In this document: positions 1-9,524 of the stretch, one piece after another
Layout: the number at the start of each line of letters is the position of its first letter
Numbering within the stretch: the stretch's first letter is position 1
Origin: an uncultured Alphaproteobacteria bacterium
GTDB taxonomy: Bacteria; Pseudomonadota; Alphaproteobacteria; HIMB59; GCA-002718135
NCBI GenBank assembly: GCA_902620285.1
Contig: CACNHT010000001.1
Coordinates: forward strand, 109,599-173,598
Reading direction: 5' to 3'
Length of the DNA: 64,000 nt
Notes under the pieces: generated by a model
Seen by the model: only the letters and a program-made list of their open reading frames with translations
What the model was told of the DNA's origin: nothing
The model's database searches: none
Position numbers and translations under genes: made by a program

Positions 1-43
1 TCATTGGAGCTACACAGAATTTTCTACTAATTTCCTTTTTCAT
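1..43 (-). CDS. 5' end of a gene running off the window (MKKEISRKFCVAPM...), possibly a tRNA-dihydrouridine synthase
   Basis: ATG at 43-41 on the minus strand, open to the window edge. 'VAPM' resembles the N-terminal Dus motif, but only 14 codons are visible. Confidence 0.3.
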   Translation of the reverse strand, partial: MKKEISRKFCVAPM

Positions 44-83
44 TTAATTTTGCTATATAAATAATTTCAAAAATAATAATATT

Positions 84-716
84 ATGGAAATACCAAAATT
101 TTTAATTGAAAGATATCAATTCTGGAAAAAGAATACGTTTGAAGACTATAAAGATATATATCAGCAAGCTTCTAAAAATCCTCAAAAGCCAACTGCTATG
201 ATTATTACTTGTTGTGATTCTAGAATTCTTGAAAATACGATATTTGGTGGAAGTGTTGGAGATTATTTTATACATAGAAATATAGCTAATATAATACCTT
301 CCAAAAATGATAAGGATAAAAATATACAAACATTATCTGCTATAGAATATGCATTAAAAGTTCTAAAAATTCAAAACTTAATTATTTTAGGCCACTCAAA
401 TTGTGGTGGAGTTGAGTATTCTTACAAAACATTATTAGATAAAAAAAATATAAATGATTTTGAATACATAAATCAATGGACGAGTTGTTTACAAAATTCT
501 TATAACAATATTCCTAATGATCTTCCAGAAACTGAGCAAATAATTTTTTTTGAGCAGGAAAATATAAAACAATCAATTAAAAATTTACGTGAATATGATT
601 TTATAGATAAATTAATTAATGAAAATAAACTGAATGTAATTGGTTTGTGGTACCAAATTAATTCTGGTTTAATAAAGTTTTTAGATAATAATAATAGTTT
701 TATAAACTTAGATTAA
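84..716 (+). CDS. beta-class carbonic anhydrase
   Basis: 210-aa ORF with the CCDSR and GHSNCGG zinc-ligand motifs typical of beta-CA. Confidence 0.85.
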   Translation: MEIPKFLIERYQFWKKNTFEDYKDIYQQASKNPQKPTAMIITCCDSRILENTIFGGSVGDYFIHRNIANIIPSKNDKDKNIQTLSAIEYALKVLKIQNLIILGHSNCGGVEYSYKTLLDKKNINDFEYINQWTSCLQNSYNNIPNDLPETEQIIFFEQENIKQSIKNLREYDFIDKLINENKLNVIGLWYQINSGLIKFLDNNNSFINLD

Positions 717-1498
717 CTGTAAGTAAATTTAGTGCTAGGAAATTTTTTAAGCTTAACTTCTTGATTATATTTTTTAACTACATTGCTGGCAACTTTATTA
801 AAATTAAAATAATTTTTTACAAATTTTGGTTTTTTATCATTTGTAGTTAGATTTATTAAATCATCAAATACCAAAACTTGACCATCACAATATTTTGAAG
901 CGCCTATACCTATTGTAGGTATCGAAATATTTTCTGTAATTAGTTTAGCTGTATCGGTTGTAACACATTCTAACAATACTGCTTTAGCACCATGTACTTC
1001 AGATTTTTTGGCTAACTCTAATAAATTTAGTTTTTCTTTATTAGTTTTTCCTAAAACTTTAATTTGATTAAAATTCTTATAACTTTGTGGTGTTACTCCT
1101 ATATGAGAAATAACATTTACTTTTTTATCTACTAAGTATTTTAAAACAGCTAATTTTTTTTCACTAATTTCTATCTTTAATAAATCAGGTCTGCAGTGAT
1201 TTATAAGTATTTTAGCATTTTTATATGCATCAATTTTATTATCATATGTTTTATAAGGCATATCTATTACTTTTAAGCTTTTCTTAATTGCTTTATTTAC
1301 AGCTGCCCCATGACTTTTCATCATATCCAAAGTAACTCCTTGAGTATTATTCATCCCATAGAGTGTTGAACCAATAGAGTCTCCAACTAGTATTAAATCA
1401 ATTTTTCCATCTAAGATATTTGCAATTGATGGAGAGTATGCAGTTAAACAACTTATAGGTTTAGAAAAACTTTTATGTAAAATTTTAATTTTCTTCAT
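713..1498 (-). CDS. panB: 3-methyl-2-oxobutanoate hydroxymethyltransferase
   Basis: 261 aa. LTAY...LVGDS(I/L)G...GMxxT motif and length are typical of PanB. Confidence 0.9.
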   Translation of the reverse strand: MKKIKILHKSFSKPISCLTAYSPSIANILDGKIDLILVGDSIGSTLYGMNNTQGVTLDMMKSHGAAVNKAIKKSLKVIDMPYKTYDNKIDAYKNAKILINHCRPDLLKIEISEKKLAVLKYLVDKKVNVISHIGVTPQSYKNFNQIKVLGKTNKEKLNLLELAKKSEVHGAKAVLLECVTTDTAKLITENISIPTIGIGASKYCDGQVLVFDDLINLTTNDKKPKFVKNYFNFNKVASNVVKKYNQEVKLKKFPSTKFTYS

Positions 1499-1529
1499 TT
1501 TTAAATTTCAATTAAACTTTAATTAAGAA

Positions 1530-3446
1530 TTAAACTTTTGATTTAAAATTCTTTATATCAACAATTTTATTTTCATAAAAATTATTAATTTCTCTGATTA
1601 TTGATTCAGTATCCATTTTAATATCTTGATATTGTTCATCTGGTGTCATATGTTCAACAAAACGATCTGGAAAAATTAAATTTTTTATCACAAATTTATC
1701 ATTTTTTGATCTTATATTATGGATATAATGTAAAACATGAGATGAAAATCCACCTATAGAACCTTCTTCTATAGTTAAAATATACTTATGATTATTTAAT
1801 AAATCATCTATTAATTGTGTGTCCAGTGGTTTTGCAAATCTTGCATCTGCAATGGTAGGATAAATATTATTTTGATTAAGAAACTTACTAGCTTCAATAC
1901 ATTTTTCAAGTTTTGTTCCTAAATTTAAAATTGCAACATCATTACCTTCAATTAGAATATATCCCTTACCTATGCTGATATCCGTAGGCTGATTATTAAA
2001 TAGTTCATCAGATCCTGTTCCTCTTGGAAACCTAAAAGCAGATGGTGTGTCATTAATCTCACAAGATAGTTCAATCATATTAGATAATTCTCTTTGGTTG
2101 CTAGGCGCCATAACTATAAAATTTGGTAATGTAGCTAAATAAGTAATATCAAATGAACCTGCATGAGTAGGACCATCTGATCCTACTAACCCTGCTCTAT
2201 CAATTGCAAATCTAACAGGTAATTTTTGAATAGCTACATCATGCACTATTTGATCGTAAGCTCTTTGTAAAAATGTTGAATAAATTGCAACAAATGGTTT
2301 GAAACCTTCTGTAGCTAATCCAGCTGCCATAGTAACAGCATGTTGTTCAGCAATACCAACATCAAAAAATCTTTTTTCAAAATTTTGCTTGAATAATTTT
2401 AACCCTGTTCCAGACATCATAGCAGCTGTTATTGCCACAATCTTTTCATCATTTTCTGCAAGTTTTGTTAGTTTTTCTCCAAAGACATTTGAGTAAGACT
2501 TTAGATTTGTTTTTTTAACTGAGTTACCTGTATTAATATCAAACTTTTCTACACCATGAAATTTATCTTCTGACTTTTCAGCAGGACTATAACCTTTACC
2601 TTTTTTAGTTATACAATGAAGAAAGACTGGTTTGTCAAATTTATTATCTCTGATATTTTCCAGAACTGAAACCATATCGTCTATATTGTGACCATCTATT
2701 GGGCCAAGATAATAAAAACCCAATTCCTCAAATAAAGTACCTCCAGAGATAAGCCCCTTAGAATATTCTTCTGTTCTATAAAGAGTCTTTGAAAGATTTG
2801 ATGGTAATGTTTTGGAAATTTTTTTAATAATATTTCTTAAGCTTGAGTAAGATTTAGATGAAAGCAATCTAGTTAGATATGTACTCATAGCACCAACTGG
2901 TTTGTCTATTGACATTTTGTTATCATTTAAAATAACAATTAAACCTTTTTTTTGTGCACCCGCGTTATTTAATCCTTCATACGCTAAACCTGCACTTAAG
3001 GCACCATCTCCAACAACGCATATGACTTTTGAGTTGTCTTTATTTATATCTTTTGCAGCTTTAATTCCTAACCCTGCTGATACTGCTGTTGAACTATGGG
3101 CTGTGCCAAAGGGGTCATATTCACTTTCTGACCTTCTTACAAAACCATAAACACCATCTTTTTTTCTAAGTGTATCTATATTTTTTTTCCTGCCTGTAAT
3201 GATTTTATGAGGATAGGCTTGATGTCCCACATCCCAGATTAATTTATCATGCGGAGTGTTAAAGACATAGTGAATTGCCACAGTTAATTCGACAACACCT
3301 AATCCAGCACCTAGATGACCACCAGTTTTTGAAACAGTCTCAATTGTTTTAGCTCTTAATTCTTCTGAGATTTGCTTTAGATGTTTTTTTTTAAATTCTC
3401 TTAAGTCAGATGGAAAATTAATTTTATCTAGAAGCTCATAATCCAT
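1530..3446 (-). CDS. dxs: 1-deoxy-D-xylulose-5-phosphate synthase
   Basis: 638 aa. N-terminus L..I..P.DLR, GGHLG.(G)LGVVEL, DVGHQ.Y.HK and GDGA...G TPP motif. Confidence 0.95.
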   Translation of the reverse strand: MDYELLDKINFPSDLREFKKKHLKQISEELRAKTIETVSKTGGHLGAGLGVVELTVAIHYVFNTPHDKLIWDVGHQAYPHKIITGRKKNIDTLRKKDGVYGFVRRSESEYDPFGTAHSSTAVSAGLGIKAAKDINKDNSKVICVVGDGALSAGLAYEGLNNAGAQKKGLIVILNDNKMSIDKPVGAMSTYLTRLLSSKSYSSLRNIIKKISKTLPSNLSKTLYRTEEYSKGLISGGTLFEELGFYYLGPIDGHNIDDMVSVLENIRDNKFDKPVFLHCITKKGKGYSPAEKSEDKFHGVEKFDINTGNSVKKTNLKSYSNVFGEKLTKLAENDEKIVAITAAMMSGTGLKLFKQNFEKRFFDVGIAEQHAVTMAAGLATEGFKPFVAIYSTFLQRAYDQIVHDVAIQKLPVRFAIDRAGLVGSDGPTHAGSFDITYLATLPNFIVMAPSNQRELSNMIELSCEINDTPSAFRFPRGTGSDELFNNQPTDISIGKGYILIEGNDVAILNLGTKLEKCIEASKFLNQNNIYPTIADARFAKPLDTQLIDDLLNNHKYILTIEEGSIGGFSSHVLHYIHNIRSKNDKFVIKNLIFPDRFVEHMTPDEQYQDIKMDTESIIREINNFYENKIVDIKNFKSKV

Positions 3447-3585
3447 AATTTAGTTTACTATTTTTGCCTAGATTTGATATTTTTATATCTGCAAAAAAAC
3501 AAGAGTTTGTGGAAAGATTTTACAGATAAATTTTAAAATTAAAATCTCTAGACTTTTTAGAATTTAAAAACTAATTATATTATTA

Positions 3586-4824
3586 ATGTTTTACGATGTA
3601 GATTCAAAAAAAATTGATAAACTTGCTTATCTATCTATTAAAAGAGGAGTTGCACTTCAAAAAGGTCAAAATCTTTTAATAACAGCTCCGTTAGAATCTT
3701 TACCTTTAGTCAGAAAAATAACTGAATATGCTTACAAAGAAGGCGCTGGACTTGTGACCCCACTTTTCAATGATTCTGATATTACATTATCTCGATTTAA
3801 GTATGGAAATGATGAATCTTTCAATGTTGCAGCAAATTGGCTTTACAATGGAATGGGTGAAGCTTTTGATAATAACACAGCTAGAATGGCTATTGCTGGT
3901 GATGATCCCATGCTATTATCAGAAATTGATCCCGATAAAGTTTCGCGTGCAAATAAAGCTAATGCCGTTGCATACAAACCTGCAAGAGAAAGAATTACTG
4001 AATTTAAAATTAACTGGAATATAATTTCGTGGCCAGGAAAAGCGTGGGCGAAAAGAGTCTTCCCAGACCTAAGTGATAATGAAGCAATTAAACAATTAGG
4101 AGACGCAATATTTCATGCTTCAAGAGTTAGCAACGATGATCCTGTAGCTGAATGGGATCAGCATAATAAAAATTTAAGAGATAAAACAGATTGGTTAAAT
4201 GCTAAAAATTTTCATTCTTTAAAATACTCTGGTCCTGGAACATCTTTAACTGTAGGCCTTGCTGATGACCATGAGTGGATGGGCGGAGCTTCAGAAGCAC
4301 AAAATGGAATTATTTGTAATCCAAATATTCCATCTGAAGAAGTGTTTACAACTCCTCATGCAAGTCGTGTAAGTGGTGAAGTATGTTCAACTAAACCTCT
4401 ATCTTATCAAGGAACACTGATTGAAGATATTAACGTTCGCTTTGAAGAAGGTAAAATTATTGATGCAAAATCTTCTAAAGGACAAGATGTTTTATTAAAA
4501 GTTCTCGACTCAGATGAGGGCTCAAGAAGACTTGGTGAAGTAGCCCTAGTTCCAAATAGTTCACCAATCTCTCAATTAGGAATAACTTTCTATAACACTT
4601 TATTTGACGAGAATGCTGCTTCTCATATAGCTCTGGGTCAATGTTACTCAAAATGTTTCAAATCCAAAAAAGACTTATCGAAAGATGAAATCACTCAAAG
4701 AGGTGGTAATTCAAGTATGATACACATTGATTGGATGATTGGCTCAGGTAAAATTGATGTTGACGGTGTTGATAAGGATGGAGCTGTAACGCCTATATTT
4801 AAACAAGGAGAATGGTGTAATTAA
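3586..4824 (+). CDS. M29-family aminopeptidase (AmpS/PepS-like)
   Basis: 412 aa with the EEVFTTP, SHIALG and IHIDWMI motifs characteristic of aminopeptidase T/S. Confidence 0.8.
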   Translation: MFYDVDSKKIDKLAYLSIKRGVALQKGQNLLITAPLESLPLVRKITEYAYKEGAGLVTPLFNDSDITLSRFKYGNDESFNVAANWLYNGMGEAFDNNTARMAIAGDDPMLLSEIDPDKVSRANKANAVAYKPARERITEFKINWNIISWPGKAWAKRVFPDLSDNEAIKQLGDAIFHASRVSNDDPVAEWDQHNKNLRDKTDWLNAKNFHSLKYSGPGTSLTVGLADDHEWMGGASEAQNGIICNPNIPSEEVFTTPHASRVSGEVCSTKPLSYQGTLIEDINVRFEEGKIIDAKSSKGQDVLLKVLDSDEGSRRLGEVALVPNSSPISQLGITFYNTLFDENAASHIALGQCYSKCFKSKKDLSKDEITQRGGNSSMIHIDWMIGSGKIDVDGVDKDGAVTPIFKQGEWCN

Positions 4825-4829
4825 CTCTA

Positions 4830-4952
4830 CTATTGCTTTAAATAAGGTCCAAAGCTAAGATCTAACCCTACACCAACTCTAGCTAATGAATAGATAATAA
4901 CTAAGAAAAAAATTACTATAATTAAGTTTCGTATAATTTTTTTTTCATCCAT
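4830..4952 (-). CDS. possible 40-aa single-pass membrane peptide (MDEKKIIRNLIIVIFFLVIIYSLARVGVGLDLSFGPYLKQ)
   Basis: Hand-translated and absent from the ORF track. ATG lies 4 nt after the stop of the upstream MFS gene. It has a hydrophobic core flanked by charged residues and fills an otherwise empty 132-bp spacer. Confidence 0.3.
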   Translation of the reverse strand: MDEKKIIRNLIIVIFFLVIIYSLARVGVGLDLSFGPYLKQ

Positions 4953-4956
4953 AAGA

Positions 4957-6210
4957 TTATGCTGTTTGTATATTTGTATTAGATAATGGTTTTTCTCTAA
5001 TTGGTAAATGGATTATTGCAGAAAAGGCGCCTACTCCTATACCAACCCACCATACAATATCATAACTTCCATAAATATCATAAAATAGACCACCTAACCA
5101 AACACCTACAAATGATCCTAGCTGATGAGAAAAAAATACAATGCCATATAATGTACCCATAAATTTTAATCCATAAATATGGCCTATAATTCCTGAAGTT
5201 AAAGGCACTGTTGCTAACCATAAAGCACCCATAACTATTGAAAATATTGCAATAGATATTGGTGTAATAGGTAGTAAGATAAATAAAATTGCCGCAACAG
5301 TTCTTCCAGTATAAATTAAAGATAAAAGATATTTTTTATAATGTCCCTTTCCTAAGGCTCCAGCAATTAAACAACCAATTATATTAAACAAACCTATAAG
5401 AGCCATAGATAATGCCCCTAAACCTTCAACGGAACTACAAACCAAACTTATTAAACTTCCTTCTATAATTGGACTACTAGATTCAACAATAAATGCTGGA
5501 AAATGTGCAGTGATAAATGCTAACTGAAAGCCACAAGAAAAAAAACCAAAAAACAACATTGAATATGTTGGATCTTTTAATGCAACGAATACAGCATCGC
5601 TAATTTTTTCATTTTCATTATTAATATTTGTATTTGATAATTCTGTTTTTAAAATTGGAACAAGAATCAGTGTTGTTAATAATATAATTGAAAAGATTTC
5701 AAACACTGAAGACCAAGGTAGAAATGATAATAGAATAGAAGCAAGTGGTGGACCAACCACTTGTCCAGCTGATCCTGCAGCAGTTGTAATACCTAGTGCT
5801 AAAGATCTTTTTTCTGGAGACGTGGCTCTCCCAACTACTGCTAAAATTGGACCAAAACCGCTACCAGCTATCCCAAAACCAATTAATAGGTTTAAAGTTT
5901 GATGCGCTTCTGGAGTTGTAGCAGTACTACTTATGAAAATTCCAATTGCATAAAGAATTAAGCCTATCGCTATTGCTTTTCTATCGCCATATTTCTCGGC
6001 AAAAGCACTAAATAGTGGAGTGCCTACACCCCAAGCCAAATTTTGAATAGCAATAGCAAGAGAGAATTCTGAACGGTTCCATAAAAAATCAGACGCAATA
6101 GGAATTTGAAATAGTCCAAATGTTGAACGAATTGCAAAACTTATTAAAAGAATTAAACTTCCTCCAATTAGAATAGGAGTAAATACAGAATTAATTCTCT
6201 CATCTTTCAT
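4957..6210 (-). CDS. MFS transporter
   Basis: 417 aa, about 12 predicted hydrophobic helices with a central loop; MFS-like G/A/S-rich helices. Confidence 0.8.
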   Translation of the reverse strand: MKDERINSVFTPILIGGSLILLISFAIRSTFGLFQIPIASDFLWNRSEFSLAIAIQNLAWGVGTPLFSAFAEKYGDRKAIAIGLILYAIGIFISSTATTPEAHQTLNLLIGFGIAGSGFGPILAVVGRATSPEKRSLALGITTAAGSAGQVVGPPLASILLSFLPWSSVFEIFSIILLTTLILVPILKTELSNTNINNENEKISDAVFVALKDPTYSMLFFGFFSCGFQLAFITAHFPAFIVESSSPIIEGSLISLVCSSVEGLGALSMALIGLFNIIGCLIAGALGKGHYKKYLLSLIYTGRTVAAILFILLPITPISIAIFSIVMGALWLATVPLTSGIIGHIYGLKFMGTLYGIVFFSHQLGSFVGVWLGGLFYDIYGSYDIVWWVGIGVGAFSAIIHLPIREKPLSNTNIQTA

Positions 6211-6260
6211 ATTTTAATTGATAACAGGAAGAATTTTTATTTCTAGAATTTTTATTATTA

Positions 6261-6737
6261 TTAAATCGAATTATTTAATTCTGTCTTTTCGTTTTCTTCT
6301 TTTTCAGGAACAACATATGCAACAGCACAATGATCTAAACAATAAGGTTTATCTTCAAATCTATCTTTACCACAAAAACGAAAGTCCGCTTCATCAGGAT
6401 GACCCTCAGGCCATTCACAACCTCTCTTTGGAACTGCAGAGAATAAATTTTTAACTACTGGTTGGAAAACAGTGGGCTCATTAGAGACAATCTCTGGTTG
6501 TTGAGTGCTTTCGAAATTTAATTTTGGCATTACTGGAGATCTAGCTTTTTTTCGATCAGGCTTAACAGCTGTTCTTCTTATAGGTGATGGTCTTCTCTCT
6601 AGTCCAATTCTATGAGCCTTTCCAACCACTGCGTTTTTGGTGAAACCTAATAATTTTCCAATTTGAGCTGTTGGTAGACCTTGGTCCCATAAATCTCTAA
6701 GTTTTGCTACATTATTATCATCCCAAGGCATAATCAA
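6261..6737 (-). CDS. gcrA: cell-cycle regulator GcrA
   Basis: 158 aa. N-terminus W(D/T)...V..L..LW..G.(S/T)A.QI...LG.(T/S)KNAV(I/V)GK.HR.GL and C-terminal C.WP.G.P....F.FCG are the GcrA signature. Confidence 0.85.
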   Translation of the reverse strand: MIMPWDDNNVAKLRDLWDQGLPTAQIGKLLGFTKNAVVGKAHRIGLERRPSPIRRTAVKPDRKKARSPVMPKLNFESTQQPEIVSNEPTVFQPVVKNLFSAVPKRGCEWPEGHPDEADFRFCGKDRFEDKPYCLDHCAVAYVVPEKEENEKTELNNSI

Positions 6738-6760
6738 ACTCCATTACTACATTTAGTAGC

Positions 6761-6775
6761 TTAAAAAAGGTTTAA
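6761..6775. promoter_or_regulatory. TTAA-N7-TTAA (CtrA-box-like) upstream of gcrA
   Basis: ttaaaaaaggtttaa lies 24-38 nt upstream of the gcrA ATG. The pattern is frequent by chance in AT-rich DNA. Confidence 0.2.
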
Positions 6776-6869
6776 TATACTAAATATATGTATTAAAAAA
6801 GATAAAACTGCAAATTTTTAAAAAAAATCAATGATTTCCAGCATTTTTTTTATATACATGTGAATAGAA

Positions 6870-8066
6870 ATGAAAGAATTAAGAGATCTAGACTGTAAAA
6901 ATAAAAAAATAATTATTCGAGTTGACTTAAACGTACCAGTTTTGGAGGGGACAATTACAGATCATTCAAGAGTTCATGCTATTTTACCAACACTAGAAAA
7001 ACTAATTAAAAATAAAAACAAGATATTCTTAATCGCTCATTTTGGCCGACCTAAAGGTGAAGTTAATAAAAAATATTCTATTGAGTTTTTATGTTCAGAA
7101 TTAAAAAAATTTTTAAATTTAAACACAATTCATTTTTTAGCTAACTGTGAAAAAAAAATAATTGAGACAAAAATTGATGAAATGGACTTGGGGGAAATTT
7201 GTCTATTAGAAAATATTCGTTTTTATGCTGAAGAAGAAAAAAATGATCTTAATTTTTCAAAACTATTAGCTTCTAGTTTTGACATTTATATTAATGACGC
7301 CTTTTCTGCATCTCATCGTAATCATGCATCTATAACAGGAATTACTAAATACTTACCTTCATATGCTGGATTAAGTTTCTCAAAAGAAATTGAAAATTTA
7401 GACAAATTTTTAGAAAATTCAAACAAACCAAATCTAGCAATTATAGGCGGCTCAAAGGTTTCAACAAAAATAAAAGTTTTAGAAAATTTAGTTGAGATAT
7501 TTGACTCTCTAGTAATTGGTGGCGCAATGGCTAATACATTTTTGTTATCAAATAACTATAACGTTGGATCTTCTCTAGTAGAAAATGATTTTATTGAACT
7601 ATCAAAAAAGATACAAAAAAAAGCAGAATCAAAAAATTGCAAAATACTTTTACCTATTGATGCTGTTTGCTCAATAAAAATAGAAGATAGAGTAAATGTT
7701 CAGACTTATTCAATCAATAATATTCCAAATGACCAAATGATATTAGATGTTGGTGAACAAACTACAAAATTAATTTCAGATGAAATATTAAAATCTAAAT
7801 CAATTTTATGGAATGGGCCATTAGGTGCATTCGAGTATAGTCCATTTGATAAAAGTACAATTTCAGTTGCAAATATTATACAAAATTATTCAAGTAAATC
7901 TCAATTAGATGCTCTTGCAGGAGGAGGAGATACACTTGCAGCAATAAAAAAAGCTAAAGCAAATGACGCATTTAAATATTTATCTACAGCTGGGGGTGCA
8001 TTTTTAGAGTGGCTTGAAGGAAACAAATCACCAGGATTCATAGCACTAAGAGAAAACAATTTATAA
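6870..8066 (+). CDS. pgk: phosphoglycerate kinase
   Basis: 398 aa. (I/V)R.D.NVP N-terminal motif, FGRPKG, AHR.H.S and GGGD(T/S).AA. Confidence 0.95.
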   Translation: MKELRDLDCKNKKIIIRVDLNVPVLEGTITDHSRVHAILPTLEKLIKNKNKIFLIAHFGRPKGEVNKKYSIEFLCSELKKFLNLNTIHFLANCEKKIIETKIDEMDLGEICLLENIRFYAEEEKNDLNFSKLLASSFDIYINDAFSASHRNHASITGITKYLPSYAGLSFSKEIENLDKFLENSNKPNLAIIGGSKVSTKIKVLENLVEIFDSLVIGGAMANTFLLSNNYNVGSSLVENDFIELSKKIQKKAESKNCKILLPIDAVCSIKIEDRVNVQTYSINNIPNDQMILDVGEQTTKLISDEILKSKSILWNGPLGAFEYSPFDKSTISVANIIQNYSSKSQLDALAGGGDTLAAIKKAKANDAFKYLSTAGGAFLEWLEGNKSPGFIALRENNL

Positions 8067-8067
8067 C

Positions 8068-8607
8068 TTAATCTTCAATTTGATATTTTTTAATTAAAGG
8101 GAATTGTGTCATCGTAAAAATAAACGTAATTGGCAAGATACCAAAAACTTTAAAATTTACCCAAACATCAGTACTTTGTGTTCTCCAAACAATTTCATTT
8201 AAAACAGCAAGTGCAACAAAAAAAGCAATCCACCTTTGAGTTAATATTCTCCATCCATCTTCTTCTAGTTTAAGTGCAGCACCTAAAAGATACTTTAAAA
8301 GAGGTTTTTTAACAATCACTCCTCCATATAAAATTAATGCGAAGACCATATTTATTATTGTTGGTTTCATTTTTATAAAAATTTCATTATCAAAATAAAT
8401 TGTTAGACCTCCAAATATTAATACAATCGCAGCCCCAAGAGTTGGCATAATTGGTATTTTTTTCTCAAGTATATATGAAATGATTACAGAAATTACAGTT
8501 GCAATCATAAGAGGAAGTATTGCTTCTTGAAGACCACTTCTTGTATAAAAAATAAAGAATACTGCAAGCGGCCCTATATCAATTAATAATTTGTAAACTG
8601 ACTTCAT
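8068..8607 (-). CDS. yciB: intracellular septation protein A (YciB/IspZ family)
   Basis: 179 aa, 5 TM. Shows the LL(D/E)(F/I)GP(L)..FF N-terminal signature. 4-nt overlap with ftsY. Confidence 0.8.
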   Translation of the reverse strand: MKSVYKLLIDIGPLAVFFIFYTRSGLQEAILPLMIATVISVIISYILEKKIPIMPTLGAAIVLIFGGLTIYFDNEIFIKMKPTIINMVFALILYGGVIVKKPLLKYLLGAALKLEEDGWRILTQRWIAFFVALAVLNEIVWRTQSTDVWVNFKVFGILPITFIFTMTQFPLIKKYQIED

Positions 8608-9524
8608 TTTTGTTCTTCTAGGTTTAAAATAGATCTAGCAAAGTTTTGAGAATTAAAGGTTACTAGGTCCTCAATACTTTCTCCAAGACCAACATAACTT
8701 ATAGGGATTTCAAATTTATTTGCAATTGAAATTAATGCTCCACCTTTTGCTGTTCCATCCAATTTAGTTATTATAAGACTTGATACATTAAGTTCATTTC
8801 CAAAGATTTCAACTTGCTTAATCATGTTCGAACCATTCGTGCCATCTAAAACTAACACAGTTTCAATATTAAAAGAGGAATTAACTTTTGAGATAACATT
8901 CTTCAATTTAATTAGTTGATTAATGAGGTTAGTATTATTTGATAGTCTTCCAGCAGTATCTATAAGTAGAAAATCATAATTTTCTTTTCCAAATTCCTCA
9001 GTTGCCTGATACGCTACGCTTGCTGGATCTTGATTACTTTTTCCAGCGATAAAACCATTATTATTTTTTTTGGCCCAATTTTCCAACTGCTCAACAGCTG
9101 CTGCCCTAAATGTATCACAAGCTGCAATCAGAATTTTTTTATTTGATAAAATTTTATTTGCAATTTTACCAATAGTGGTTGTCTTTCCACTTCCGTTTAC
9201 TCCAACGAATATTAATATTTTTTTTTCATCATTTTTTTCATTTATCAGAACATGTTCTCTTGGAAGTAATATACTTTCTATGCTTTGAGCTAAGATTTCT
9301 AGTACATTTTTTATTCCATCATCATTTGAAATTTTTATTTTTTTTATAGAATCTATTAGCTGATTTACAACATCCAAACTAATATCAGACGAAATAAGAA
9401 CATTTTCTAATTCTTCTAAAGTTAAATCGTCTATTTTTTTGTTTTTTAAAATCTCTAAAATATTAAAAGAAAGTATATTTGAAGTTTTACTTAACTTATC
9501 TTTAAATATTGAGAACAAACTCAT
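8604..9524 (-). CDS. ftsY: signal recognition particle receptor FtsY
   Basis: 306 aa. GVNGSGKTTT P-loop, DTAGR and TK.DG(T)AKGG SRP-GTPase motifs. Confidence 0.9.
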   Translation of the reverse strand: MSLFSIFKDKLSKTSNILSFNILEILKNKKIDDLTLEELENVLISSDISLDVVNQLIDSIKKIKISNDDGIKNVLEILAQSIESILLPREHVLINEKNDEKKILIFVGVNGSGKTTTIGKIANKILSNKKILIAACDTFRAAAVEQLENWAKKNNNGFIAGKSNQDPASVAYQATEEFGKENYDFLLIDTAGRLSNNTNLINQLIKLKNVISKVNSSFNIETVLVLDGTNGSNMIKQVEIFGNELNVSSLIITKLDGTAKGGALISIANKFEIPISYVGLGESIEDLVTFNSQNFARSILNLEEQK

